From an uncultured Rikenellaceae bacterium (GTDB lineage Bacteria > Bacteroidota > Bacteroidia > Bacteroidales > VadinHA17): a stretch of DNA of 64,000 bases. Where the stretch lies: NCBI GenBank assembly GCA_964596715.1, contig CAZQVL010000001.1:179166-243165 (forward strand), read 5' to 3'. A model generated the notes under the pieces. It had not been told where the DNA came from and ran no database searches. It worked only from the letters and a program-made list of their open reading frames with translations. Shown piece by piece: positions 47,463 to 56,596 of the stretch. Numbering within the stretch: the stretch's first letter is position 1; every line of letters begins with the position of its first letter. Position numbers and translations under genes: made by a program.

Positions 47463-50400
47463 CTACTTTTCTTGTAAGAGAACAAACTCCTCAAACAACC
47501 CGTAATCGATCAAATGATAGCTATTCCCTGGAGGGTAGGATTTAACGTTCCGCCAGTTCCAGGGTGATGCGTATCCTGGCGGAGGATTGTTATGGTGCGG
47601 ACCAAGAAGATTCTTCAGGCTTCCGATCACTTTTATTTCTATCTTGTTTGATCCTTGTTTAAGCAAACCTGTAACTTCTGACTGGTATGGTGGAAAAGCA
47701 ATAACTCCTGCAGTCTGGTCATTTACACTTACTTCAGCAATTGTTCCCTTCCAGCTTGGTAGAACTGCAAAGTATTTTCCTTCAGGTGTATCAATATTGA
47801 ACTCTCTGGTATATGTAATCCCCCATGAATAGAATGGCAATCCCTGATCTTTCCAGCTTCCTGCTGTAAGTGATTTAACTGGAGCTTCTATTGTCCAGCC
47901 TTTACCGGCAGGTTTCACGGAAAAGTCACCTGTGATATAAACAGGTTCAATTTCAGCATTAACCTTCATAGGTGAAGTTTTAAGAGTGATGGTGTTATCT
48001 CCTTCCTTCACGAGAGTTCCTATATTGAAAACACTGAAAGACCTGTCGAGCCACCATTTCCCGGCTTCCGGCTTAACCTCAGTTCCGTTAACTGTAACTA
48101 TCCATAAGTCAGGGCGTTCAACCACTGCTTTAAAAGAAGAGTAATCAAAGTCACCTTTTATGTTGAAATGATAAGCAGCTGTAAATCCGGTATTTGATCC
48201 AAAAGTGTCACTATCAACAATATTGGTTTTATACTGTACCGAGTGGTTCCACGGATTCCCGTTCTTAAAATCATAATATTTATAGATTTTATCAGCAGCA
48301 TCGTAGGTGTGGATATCTGAAACCGTTTCATTACCTACAGTAATATCACAGAAATCGATTGTAAGGGCATTATCTTCATCACTGGTAACAATCATTGGCA
48401 AGTCTGATTGTAATGGACTAAGATTCAATGCCTTGGAAGGCACATCAAAATCAAATTCATCATTTGAAGGAATATATAAAAGAAGACTTCCTGCGGGGGG
48501 TATTGTAAAAGCCAGATTCAGTTTGTCTCCATCATTTTCATAGGGATAACCATTGATGTCACCTGTCAGGGTATTCATTTCAACTACATCTTTTCCAACG
48601 ACTTTGAGCATGCCATTAATGTCACCTGTCAGGATGGAATTTACGAGGAAGAGTAACTGCCCGTCTTCCATTATCCGCCGGTGATGGTAAAGCAATCCCC
48701 CCGTAAAATCCGTAAACTCAATATCCGGAGTATATAAATGTTCTGATATAAAATCACCTGACAGTTCTTCTCCAAATACTATTCTGTCAGAATTGGTCTC
48801 AAAGAATGTCATCAATTCTGCATTCTCTGATCCATCGACAAGAGTCGGGATAGAGAAGGTAATTATCGTTCCCCCCTCTTTTACGAATTCTTTAAGAAGT
48901 CTGAAGGTGGTAATGTCAAGGTTTTCAGTTAATGGCGGGATTACAACTTTTAAATAACTACATTGTCCGACAATGAATTTTCCATCTTTTACGGAACCAC
49001 GATCCTTTATTATATTTTCTGAACCAAGATCATATTCTACCTGGCTTTTCTCAAGTTTTGTTACAAACGACTGGAATGACTGACCTGTTTCAGTTACTCT
49101 TGGATTTCTTTTGACATAAGAGTCATATAACCATGCAGTAGTTGTAGGTTCGAGCACCAGGATATCGTTTATCTGCTTTCCTGATGAAAGTGCCAGGGAT
49201 AATCGTGCATAATGGTCATTCAGATATCTATAATTATCCCACCATGGCTCGTGATAAGTAAATGAGACAGGATAATCATATTTTCTCGCACCCTGCAGGG
49301 TAAAATGGGAGAGATGTTGGTTCATAAGGTTAACTCCGAGAGCATATTCCCAGTCGCCGTTTCGCTTCATTTCTGTGAAGGTTATTTCCCAGCCTGAGCC
49401 TCCGTAAGTCTCGCTCAGCTTCCTTTGGCTACCGGTCTGGTTAGCAGCACTTGCCAGCTCCTTGACAGACCTGACATTGCCGAACTGTGCTCGTGGAGTG
49501 GAATCATTCCACTGGTTAAAGAGCATGTCGATTCCCGGAATCTGGTGCCAGGCATACATTGCCATATTATCTCCACCAGGACGCATATTAGGCCACTCAT
49601 GTTCCCAGTAATGGCCTGTAAATTTTAATCCTTTCTCCTCGCAATACTCATACCAGGGCTTTGACCACCTGTCGATAAAAAGCTGCAGCAGAGTCTGTGT
49701 ATAATTATGCCGGATCTTTTTGTAGTTCCCGGTATCCTCGTACAGGGAAGGAAGATGTTGCTTAAGATCATAGCCCCATTTTTTCTCGAAAACTTCAAAC
49801 AAATCGGGCGTCCAGCGAATACCTCCGGGGGAATTAATATGCGGTTCATCGGTGAAGGTGCCGGGAATTGTTTTACCAAATTCAGCACCGGCAGATTTTT
49901 CATAACCGGTCATTGTGATCTCAATGAATTTTTGAGTAACACCAGGATATAGCAGGTCGACGTACGAGAAGCCCCCGTACCATTCCGATTTGTCATTATA
50001 GCTTTTTGAAAAAAGAAAATAATTCCCTTTTTTCCCTTTTTCATCTGAAAGCGACGAAGTAATGTCTGTATAAGTACCATTTTCCTTTTTCAGGCATAAA
50101 AAGTATTTGTCGGCTGTATCGGGTAGTAGTTCGGATCTGGTCATCCTTAATCCCTGTCCCTGGTTGTATGATTCAGGCATTTCAGCCGGTACATGTCCTC
50201 CTCCAAAGCCGCTTGGATAAGAATTCTCGTCGTAGATCCAGACATTCATATCCAGCTCTTTTCCTTTTTCGACCGTATACTTAAAGAGCTCGAACCATTC
50301 ATCCGATAGATATTCGGTAATTAATCCCGGCCGGGGATGAACGAATACCTGGCGGCTGCCTGAATTTTTAAAATCATTCATAAAATGATCAATCTCCTCC

Positions 50401-50588
50401 CTGGTTATTTCGGCATTCCATACAAAGAAGGGAGATGTTGTGTATTCCGCGGGAGGTTCTGCAAACAGGGCAGAGAGAGAATTAAAATCATTGATTTTTA
50501 CCTCGCTGGTAGTGTTTTTTTTACATGAGGTAAAACATATTACTACTGTCAATGCTAAGATTACTGGTCTAAGAGTCGAAGATTTCAT
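47463..50588 (-). CDS. large secreted glycoside hydrolase lipoprotein, family not assignable by eye
   Basis: 1041 aa. Lipobox FTSC. VFVHPRPGLITEYLSDEWF and IYDENSYPSGFGGGHV blocks that I recall from unclassified or GH106-like bacterial glycosidases. Confidence 0.5.
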   Translation of the reverse strand: MKSSTLRPVILALTVVICFTSCKKNTTSEVKINDFNSLSALFAEPPAEYTTSPFFVWNAEITREEIDHFMNDFKNSGSRQVFVHPRPGLITEYLSDEWFELFKYTVEKGKELDMNVWIYDENSYPSGFGGGHVPAEMPESYNQGQGLRMTRSELLPDTADKYFLCLKKENGTYTDITSSLSDEKGKKGNYFLFSKSYNDKSEWYGGFSYVDLLYPGVTQKFIEITMTGYEKSAGAEFGKTIPGTFTDEPHINSPGGIRWTPDLFEVFEKKWGYDLKQHLPSLYEDTGNYKKIRHNYTQTLLQLFIDRWSKPWYEYCEEKGLKFTGHYWEHEWPNMRPGGDNMAMYAWHQIPGIDMLFNQWNDSTPRAQFGNVRSVKELASAANQTGSQRKLSETYGGSGWEITFTEMKRNGDWEYALGVNLMNQHLSHFTLQGARKYDYPVSFTYHEPWWDNYRYLNDHYARLSLALSSGKQINDILVLEPTTTAWLYDSYVKRNPRVTETGQSFQSFVTKLEKSQVEYDLGSENIIKDRGSVKDGKFIVGQCSYLKVVIPPLTENLDITTFRLLKEFVKEGGTIITFSIPTLVDGSENAELMTFFETNSDRIVFGEELSGDFISEHLYTPDIEFTDFTGGLLYHHRRIMEDGQLLFLVNSILTGDINGMLKVVGKDVVEMNTLTGDINGYPYENDGDKLNLAFTIPPAGSLLLYIPSNDEFDFDVPSKALNLSPLQSDLPMIVTSDEDNALTIDFCDITVGNETVSDIHTYDAADKIYKYYDFKNGNPWNHSVQYKTNIVDSDTFGSNTGFTAAYHFNIKGDFDYSSFKAVVERPDLWIVTVNGTEVKPEAGKWWLDRSFSVFNIGTLVKEGDNTITLKTSPMKVNAEIEPVYITGDFSVKPAGKGWTIEAPVKSLTAGSWKDQGLPFYSWGITYTREFNIDTPEGKYFAVLPSWKGTIAEVSVNDQTAGVIAFPPYQSEVTGLLKQGSNKIEIKVIGSLKNLLGPHHNNPPPGYASPWNWRNVKSYPPGNSYHLIDYGLFEEFVLLQEK

Positions 50589-50720
50589 GGTATTAATGAT
50601 TTTAATGGTTACTAGTTGCTGGGTGCTCCACCTCCGCTACGACCTACGCTGAAGCTTCGGCCGTCAAGGAAAGCTACGGTGGACACAGTGGGTGCTTGGT
50701 GTAATAACAAAGCGTGTCCG

Positions 50721-50748
50721 GACTTCGGTCTTCTGACTTCTGACTTCA
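50721..50748. repeat. heptamer tandem array GACTTCN x4
   Basis: gacttcg gtcttct gacttct gacttca. The last unit overlaps the stop codon (50746-50748) of the minus-strand isomerase gene. Confidence 0.65.
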
Positions 50749-52179
50749 ACATACCTGAACAACCTCCATCTCAAGTAATTCGCCCAGCTTCCTGATCTTA
50801 GATGCTATATGTCCTATCCCGGAAGCACAGTGATGAGCAGGTCCAAAACTGTTCCATTTATTGACAAACTCCTTTATTCCGACAGGGAACGTGTAACGGC
50901 TATTTGTGTTGCCGATTTCAAGTATTGGACCGGGCACCGATTCTCCTTCTGCAACCAGGAGCATCAGCTTGCCATCAGATTTCTGTACAACGGCCAGGAT
51001 TGTTACATCACCATGTTTAACTGACATCTCAACGGATAATCCTTTTCCGACTTTTCCGTGATAAACTTCAAGCGGTTTTACTTTGGTCTTGCCTTCAGCT
51101 ATTGCAATATGTCCGGGACCATCGTGACCCATAAGGACGACATCGTCATTAAAATCGAGAGCATAATATTCAGTGAACGAGCCTCCTGCACCAAAACAAT
51201 CCATTATCTTCATTGCCTGCACATTTTTTATTTCATATTCGCCGGCAACCGGGATACCGCGGGCGGTAAGAAGCGAATTGGCCAGGATTATTGAGCTTAA
51301 TGTCTCCTTATTTTCCAGAATTCCTGAACCGCTGTAGAAATAAGCCAGCGAACCAAGATCATGTTTTTCGACAAGCCTGTCGAGAGCTACTGAAGTGCAG
51401 GCAGCTTTTTTGAGCTCCTCCTCGGGGCAATCAGGATGAATGTCGAACTCATTGTAAAACAAATTTATGCGGTTGCCAATTTCTAAATCGGAAACCTCTC
51501 TTCTCAGGGCTGAAAGCTCATCAATTTCTATAATTTCAATGTGTCCCCCGAAATGAACAAGCTGGGTTGTCAGGTCAGAATAAACATCGAGCATTCCACC
51601 ATAATAATGACCCATACAACCCATTATGTTGTGCGACATTCTTTTCTTCACCCGGGCCGCCTCAATCCATTCCGATACTTCATGCCACACTTCATCATCG
51701 CCATGAAGCACACCGGTTATCTGATGAAATTTAATTCCGGCCCTTATGAAAACATTAGCTATTTCAGGAACAGGGCAGGCAGAGACATTTGCCAGCCATT
51801 CCCCCGTCATCCTGGTTCTGTTATCAAGCTTATTAAACCTAGGATAATCAATAGCTTTTTCGGGAGACAGGTTTAGAATTATCACAGGTACCTTGGCACG
51901 TTGTACAACAGGAAGAACGGTAGAGGAGAGTGCATAGGTTGTAACATAAAGGAAGATAAGATCAACATCAGCTTTCCTGAAATCGTGACCAGCATCCAGG
52001 GCTATGGCAGGGTTATCGATCAATCCCAGATTAATGATGTCTTTATCAAATCCCTTTAACTTGGTATTTACTTCATCCAGGTAACCTTCAAGCCGTTCTT
52101 TAAGACCTGCAAACTGAGGCCAGTACGCATCAAGCCCTATTCCGAAAAGGCCAATTTTTAATCCGTATTTTTCTTTCAT
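50746..52179 (-). CDS. L-fucose/L-arabinose isomerase family protein
   Basis: About 477 aa from ATG 52179 (MKEKYGLKIGLFGIG). Overall resemblance to the AraA/FucI superfamily. Substrate unknown. Confidence 0.55.
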   Translation of the reverse strand: MKEKYGLKIGLFGIGLDAYWPQFAGLKERLEGYLDEVNTKLKGFDKDIINLGLIDNPAIALDAGHDFRKADVDLIFLYVTTYALSSTVLPVVQRAKVPVIILNLSPEKAIDYPRFNKLDNRTRMTGEWLANVSACPVPEIANVFIRAGIKFHQITGVLHGDDEVWHEVSEWIEAARVKKRMSHNIMGCMGHYYGGMLDVYSDLTTQLVHFGGHIEIIEIDELSALRREVSDLEIGNRINLFYNEFDIHPDCPEEELKKAACTSVALDRLVEKHDLGSLAYFYSGSGILENKETLSSIILANSLLTARGIPVAGEYEIKNVQAMKIMDCFGAGGSFTEYYALDFNDDVVLMGHDGPGHIAIAEGKTKVKPLEVYHGKVGKGLSVEMSVKHGDVTILAVVQKSDGKLMLLVAEGESVPGPILEIGNTNSRYTFPVGIKEFVNKWNSFGPAHHCASGIGHIASKIRKLGELLEMEVVQVC

Positions 52180-52227
52180 GGAAGAAAGGTAATAAAATTT
52201 TTGTGTGCATGTACTCACCCCATTTGG

Positions 52228-52244
52228 TTCCCCCTGAAGGGGAA
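52228..52244. promoter_or_regulatory. 17-nt palindrome TTCCCCCTGAAGGGGAA
   Basis: Inverted repeat with half-sites TTCCCC / GGGGAA, 49 nt upstream of the preferred isomerase start. Near-identical copy at 57786-57802. Confidence 0.4.
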
Positions 52245-52280
52245 AAAATCTACTGGTTTATTGGATATTTGCTGAATAGT

Positions 52281-54515
52281 TTAAAATTTCCCTGACAACC
52301 TTAAACTGAAGTTACGTTGAGGCTGGATGTCACCCGGGCGGCCCATATATTCGGTGTTTGTTAAATTTTTTGCGGCAAATGATAATGTAAACCTGTCATT
52401 TATCCTGTATCCCGGTATGGCATCAATAGTTATATACCCTTTATTGTTATTTTGCCAGTAATCTGAAAAACCTGGTAAAAACTGTTCACTTGTTACTGGT
52501 CTTAGGAAGACATCATCAATATTCAGGATTTTTGATCTGATATTGATGTTTAAGCCAAGGTCAAATTTCTTCCAGTGTGAATTAATATATAGCTTTCCTG
52601 AATGCTTCCTCCTGTATTTAAGGTAAACAAGAGAATCCTGATAATTTGTGCTGACATCTCTTGGATGAATGTAAGCATAGCCACCTGCGGCAGATATTGT
52701 TATCTCATTAAACTGGCTTTCAAGTGCAAATTCAAACTCTGTACCATAAATCCTGGCTTCCTCCATATTATCTGCTCTGAAACCTATTCCTTCATCAGGA
52801 TATGATGCAAAATAGAATTCAATTAGATTTGAATTTTGCATGAGGAAGAGCGAGAGATCGGCCTGTCCTGCGATTTTCCCCAACAGAAATCCTTGTTTTA
52901 CACCTATTTCCGTATTCCAGCCTTCTTCAGCCAGAATATCAGGATTTGGAATTATCTTAATTGATCCGAGTGTTGTTGATGCAAATTTTTCAGCAATGGA
53001 GGGGAAACGGTAGCCCTGACCGAATGAGGCTCTCAGGAATGTATAATCTGCAGCCTGCCAGTTTAATCCTGCTCTCAGAATGGGAACAAGTTTGTCGCTA
53101 ATGCCATCAAGTGAGAAATGTTCAAGACGAAGTCCGGCCACGGCTTTCAGCCGGCTGAGAGGTCTTATTTCGAATTGTGTAAAACCTGCAAGATTAAGTC
53201 CGTAATGATCACCGAAAAAATTCGATTTTACTTTGCTATAATTCTCTGAAAATCCGGCTGTAAGATCAAGGAACTCAAATAATCTGTACCAGAGCTGATA
53301 TTCAGAATAAACTGAAACGGCATCGCTGTTGTTTTCTTTATTCTCGGGCAGTCTGTTCCTGGCTGAGTGGAACCTGATTTTAAGGTCATGCCTTTGGCGA
53401 TCATTTTTTCTCAAAGAAATGAAAGGATTGACTGAAATGAAATCGCCGCGGAATTCTGCTGCTGTCAGTTCAGATTGCTTCAGGGCACCAGTGACAGCAT
53501 TCTCCCAAAGTATAAAATCTGTTTTATGGGTCATTCCCGAGCTGATATTCGCTCCATAGTTCAAACCCTCAATTTTATTGCTGAAATGTTTCAGCTTTAA
53601 GGTCACTCGGCCCAGGTTCTCCCCATTGAGCCTTCTGTATCCTTCATCTGTCATTAAGTGTCCGCTGATACCGATATCTGTTTTGCCGAATTTCCGGAGA
53701 TGAGAGAATGAAGTGTTAGTAAAGATCCTTGGAGTATCCCACCATATCCAATCTTTGTTTTTTGGTCTGCCGAATATCCCGATCTCTATATAAGACTGAG
53801 TAACAGGAGTATTTGTTGCATCGGCAGTACGGAAGTTAATAACACCATTAAGTGCGGAAGAACCGTAGAGTACAGAGGAGGCTCCTTTTATGATCTCTAT
53901 CTGGGAAAGATTTTCAAGGGGCAGGAATTGCCATTTAATGTTTCCTGCATCTGCTGAAAGGAAAGGCAGACCATCGATAAGTGCAAGCACCCTGCTGCCT
54001 GCACCGTATGCATACCCGCTTCCGCCTCTGATTGATGCCTGACCGTCGAGCACCTCAATGCCCGGATTCTTATTTAACAGTTCCTGGGCGTCTGTTATAT
54101 GATTGGCGGAAAGGAATGATTTGTTTATAATATCCACTGATACACTCAGATTGGCAATCTTCTGTTCAATCCTGTTTGCACTGATGACGACCTGGTCGAT
54201 CTCGCTTATTCTCATTTCAAGACTGATATCGAGGTTGACCGTTTCATCTTCATCAATGGTGACTTCTTTTGTAGCAGTTTTATAACCAATGAATTGAAAA
54301 GTAATTTTAATTCTCCCCGATACATCTCCGATTAGGTAATTACCATCCTCGTCAGTTGTTGTTCCAAGGTTCTTTCCATAAATGACATAAACACCGGAAA
54401 GAGGTTCGCCTGAATTATTGTCAATTACTTTTCCCTTTATAGTTCCGCCAATATCTGAAGCTATTAAGCTGCAGCTAAATAAAAGCAGAATGGCTGTCAG
54501 GTAGTAACGCATCAC
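52281..54515 (-). CDS. TonB-dependent receptor with N-terminal carboxypeptidase-regulatory-like domain
   Basis: 744 aa with a signal peptide. GTIKGKVID...DEDGNY, plug block IEIIKGASSVLYGSSALNGVINF, C-terminal Phe. Confidence 0.85.
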   Translation of the reverse strand: MMRYYLTAILLLFSCSLIASDIGGTIKGKVIDNNSGEPLSGVYVIYGKNLGTTTDEDGNYLIGDVSGRIKITFQFIGYKTATKEVTIDEDETVNLDISLEMRISEIDQVVISANRIEQKIANLSVSVDIINKSFLSANHITDAQELLNKNPGIEVLDGQASIRGGSGYAYGAGSRVLALIDGLPFLSADAGNIKWQFLPLENLSQIEIIKGASSVLYGSSALNGVINFRTADATNTPVTQSYIEIGIFGRPKNKDWIWWDTPRIFTNTSFSHLRKFGKTDIGISGHLMTDEGYRRLNGENLGRVTLKLKHFSNKIEGLNYGANISSGMTHKTDFILWENAVTGALKQSELTAAEFRGDFISVNPFISLRKNDRQRHDLKIRFHSARNRLPENKENNSDAVSVYSEYQLWYRLFEFLDLTAGFSENYSKVKSNFFGDHYGLNLAGFTQFEIRPLSRLKAVAGLRLEHFSLDGISDKLVPILRAGLNWQAADYTFLRASFGQGYRFPSIAEKFASTTLGSIKIIPNPDILAEEGWNTEIGVKQGFLLGKIAGQADLSLFLMQNSNLIEFYFASYPDEGIGFRADNMEEARIYGTEFEFALESQFNEITISAAGGYAYIHPRDVSTNYQDSLVYLKYRRKHSGKLYINSHWKKFDLGLNINIRSKILNIDDVFLRPVTSEQFLPGFSDYWQNNNKGYITIDAIPGYRINDRFTLSFAAKNLTNTEYMGRPGDIQPQRNFSLRLSGKF

Positions 54516-54922
54516 TTAGCCTTGAAGGTCAATAGGAGATTAACCAGATCTTGCGGATGGGATTGAAGGGTCACGTCAATGGTTAACTTGAGTGATTGGG
54601 TTGTTAGTAAAATTATGTCAGCGTTTATGGGGACAGGAAGAGATGCGGTGATTATCGTGATCTCGGTTTCATCAGTATTGAATCTCCATTGTCCCGTAAA
54701 TTGACCAAAGTAACCTGTCCCATCCTCTTTGAATTTTGCATCCCCTGTTAATTGTTTGATGATAACGCCCACACCGGTGGTATCGGCTCCGGTTGCCACA
54801 ATGGATTCGGTAGTCCAGATCGGCGTGGTGAGAAGTATGAAACGTTCTGATTCTTTGTCCTTCTTGCATCCGAACACTGCAAGCAAGCCTGAAATGATCA
54901 ATATTAATGCAAGGTTTTTCAT
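54512..54922 (-). CDS. small lipoprotein (lipocalin-like?)
   Basis: 136 aa. Lipobox VFGC. 4-nt overlap with the TonB-dependent receptor gene. Confidence 0.4.
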   Translation of the reverse strand: MKNLALILIISGLLAVFGCKKDKESERFILLTTPIWTTESIVATGADTTGVGVIIKQLTGDAKFKEDGTGYFGQFTGQWRFNTDETEITIITASLPVPINADIILLTTQSLKLTIDVTLQSHPQDLVNLLLTFKAK

Positions 54923-55050
54923 AATATGTGATTTGTATTGAATTAAAGGAATCTCTTAAGACAACAAATAACAATGTAATAACCTTCGTAATTATTATAT
55001 TATACATCAAAGGTAGCAAATAATTCCCATAACACATTTATGTGCACATA

Positions 55051-55147
55051 CCCTAACGCCCTAACACCCTAACGCCCTAACGCCCTAACGTCGTTAGGTC
55101 GTTAAGCCGGTAGGTTGTTAAGACGTTGAGATGTTGAGTTGGCAGGT
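55051..55147. repeat. 8-bp tandem array CCCTAACR x5 abutting its own degenerate inverted copies
   Basis: ccctaacg ccctaaca ccctaacg ccctaacg ccctaacg t cgttaggt cgttaagc cggtaggt tgttaaga cgttgaga tgttgagt tggcaggt. Confidence 0.85.
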
Positions 55148-55183
55148 AATTGCACCGTTGCATAGCTGAACGGTTATACCTTG

Positions 55184-56536
55184 TTATATCTCTCTTATTT
55201 TGATGTTCTTGAATGATACCATATTGCCATGATCCTGAAGCAGAATCCTGCCTTCCTCAGCTTCTCCAAATCCCGGTATATTTTTGAATTTGCTTGCAGC
55301 TACAAGTTCCTTCCATGCGGGAGTGGATCTGTCGTATTCGAGGTTTAATTGTCCGTTCAGCCAGTGTCGCACCTTGCTGCCGTTCACAACTATTATAGCC
55401 CGGTTCCACTGGTTGGCGCCATTATCACGTTTGTTTGCCGGCGCAATCAGGTCGTACAATCCGGCAAGGGTTCTGTTTCCTTCAATGCCTGCTTTGGCGT
55501 CGGGATTTTGTCTGTCGTCCAGTATCTGGTATTCACAGCCTATTGATGCACGCGATCCGTTATCAGATTCAATATCAACGAAATACTTGATACCGCTGTT
55601 CCCTCCTGTGGAGTATTTAAAATCGACTATCAGCTCAAAGTTTTTAAACTTATCAACAGTAACGATATCGCCGCCCCCGTCAGTGCCTTTTGTCTCAGGA
55701 TTCAGGGTAAGAGTTCCCTCTTTTATTTCCCATCCACCTATGGGGAACGTTTTTGATTTAGCGTTCATCCAGCCTTCTGATGTAGCCCCGTCAAAAAGAA
55801 GCTTCCAACCTTCCTCCTTTTCTCTTTCGGTAAGTTCATTATCGAGATAACTGTATTGTGGTATCACCGGTTCATAGGGAGTTGCATACTCTGCCGGATC
55901 CTCTGTGATTATCCTTATATTTTTCCACTTAACCTGCAAACCTACCCTTGAGGAGTCCCTTCCGATGCCATGAACCTGAAGTGCAATGAAACCCGATGGT
56001 GTCATTCCGTCGATAAGATCAGCACAGGGAACTTCGTTTATCCATGTTCTGATTGATTTACCAATAGCTTCGACCCTGTAGTGGTTCCATTCCCCGACTT
56101 TAAGTGCTTTCTGCCCTTCGGGATTTTTATCGAGTGTATATAGCCATCCTCTTCTGGCCTCATCATAGATACCTCCTGACCATGCGCGCTCCGATGGATC
56201 CATCTCTACCTGGTAGCCATGAACACGTCCGTTCTGGTAATCAGCCCTGCTTTCGCTTCTGATCTGGACACCGGAGTTCATCTGAGGATCGAACCAGGTA
56301 TCGAATTCAAGAATGAAATCACTGTAATTCTCTTTCGTACAGAGAAAAGAGTTTGGAGAATTCAGTACGGTGGTTCCGACAATTTCACCATCAATAAGTT
56401 CAAAAGGAGCAGTGCCGTTCAACTGTTCCCAGTTACTGAGATCATCTTTGATAAGGTTTTGCCATTGTCTGTCGCTGCTGCATCCTGATAAAAGGAAAGA
56501 AAGCAACACTGCATTAATAAAAATAAGTTTTTTCAT
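55184..56536 (-). CDS. secreted tandem DUF1080 (3-keto-disaccharide hydrolase-like) lipoprotein
   Basis: 450 aa. Lipobox LSGC. Two repeats, each ending in a LQxHG...FKNIRI-type block. Confidence 0.6.
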   Translation of the reverse strand: MKKLIFINAVLLSFLLSGCSSDRQWQNLIKDDLSNWEQLNGTAPFELIDGEIVGTTVLNSPNSFLCTKENYSDFILEFDTWFDPQMNSGVQIRSESRADYQNGRVHGYQVEMDPSERAWSGGIYDEARRGWLYTLDKNPEGQKALKVGEWNHYRVEAIGKSIRTWINEVPCADLIDGMTPSGFIALQVHGIGRDSSRVGLQVKWKNIRIITEDPAEYATPYEPVIPQYSYLDNELTEREKEEGWKLLFDGATSEGWMNAKSKTFPIGGWEIKEGTLTLNPETKGTDGGGDIVTVDKFKNFELIVDFKYSTGGNSGIKYFVDIESDNGSRASIGCEYQILDDRQNPDAKAGIEGNRTLAGLYDLIAPANKRDNGANQWNRAIIVVNGSKVRHWLNGQLNLEYDRSTPAWKELVAASKFKNIPGFGEAEEGRILLQDHGNMVSFKNIKIREI

Positions 56537-56596
56537 AGGTCAATTAGTTTATTTGATTATAGTTTATCAGGAGAAAATAATTTTGATCAATAAGTT

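Noticed and set aside
55051-55147. CCCTAA-containing repeats as a telomere-like sequence, eukaryotic contamination or a CRISPR array
   Set aside because: The period is 8, not 6 or 7. The array is flanked on both sides by typical bacterial genes. The units are contiguous with no spacers and far shorter than CRISPR repeats, and half of the array is inverted.
55284-55850. 188-aa plus-strand ORF, the longest of many antisense ORFs in the track
   Set aside because: It lies antisense within the DUF1080 gene, has S/P/F-rich low-complexity translation, and has no start context. The same reasoning applies to 14026..14352, 16959..17261, 43999..44418, 61208..61516 and similar entries.
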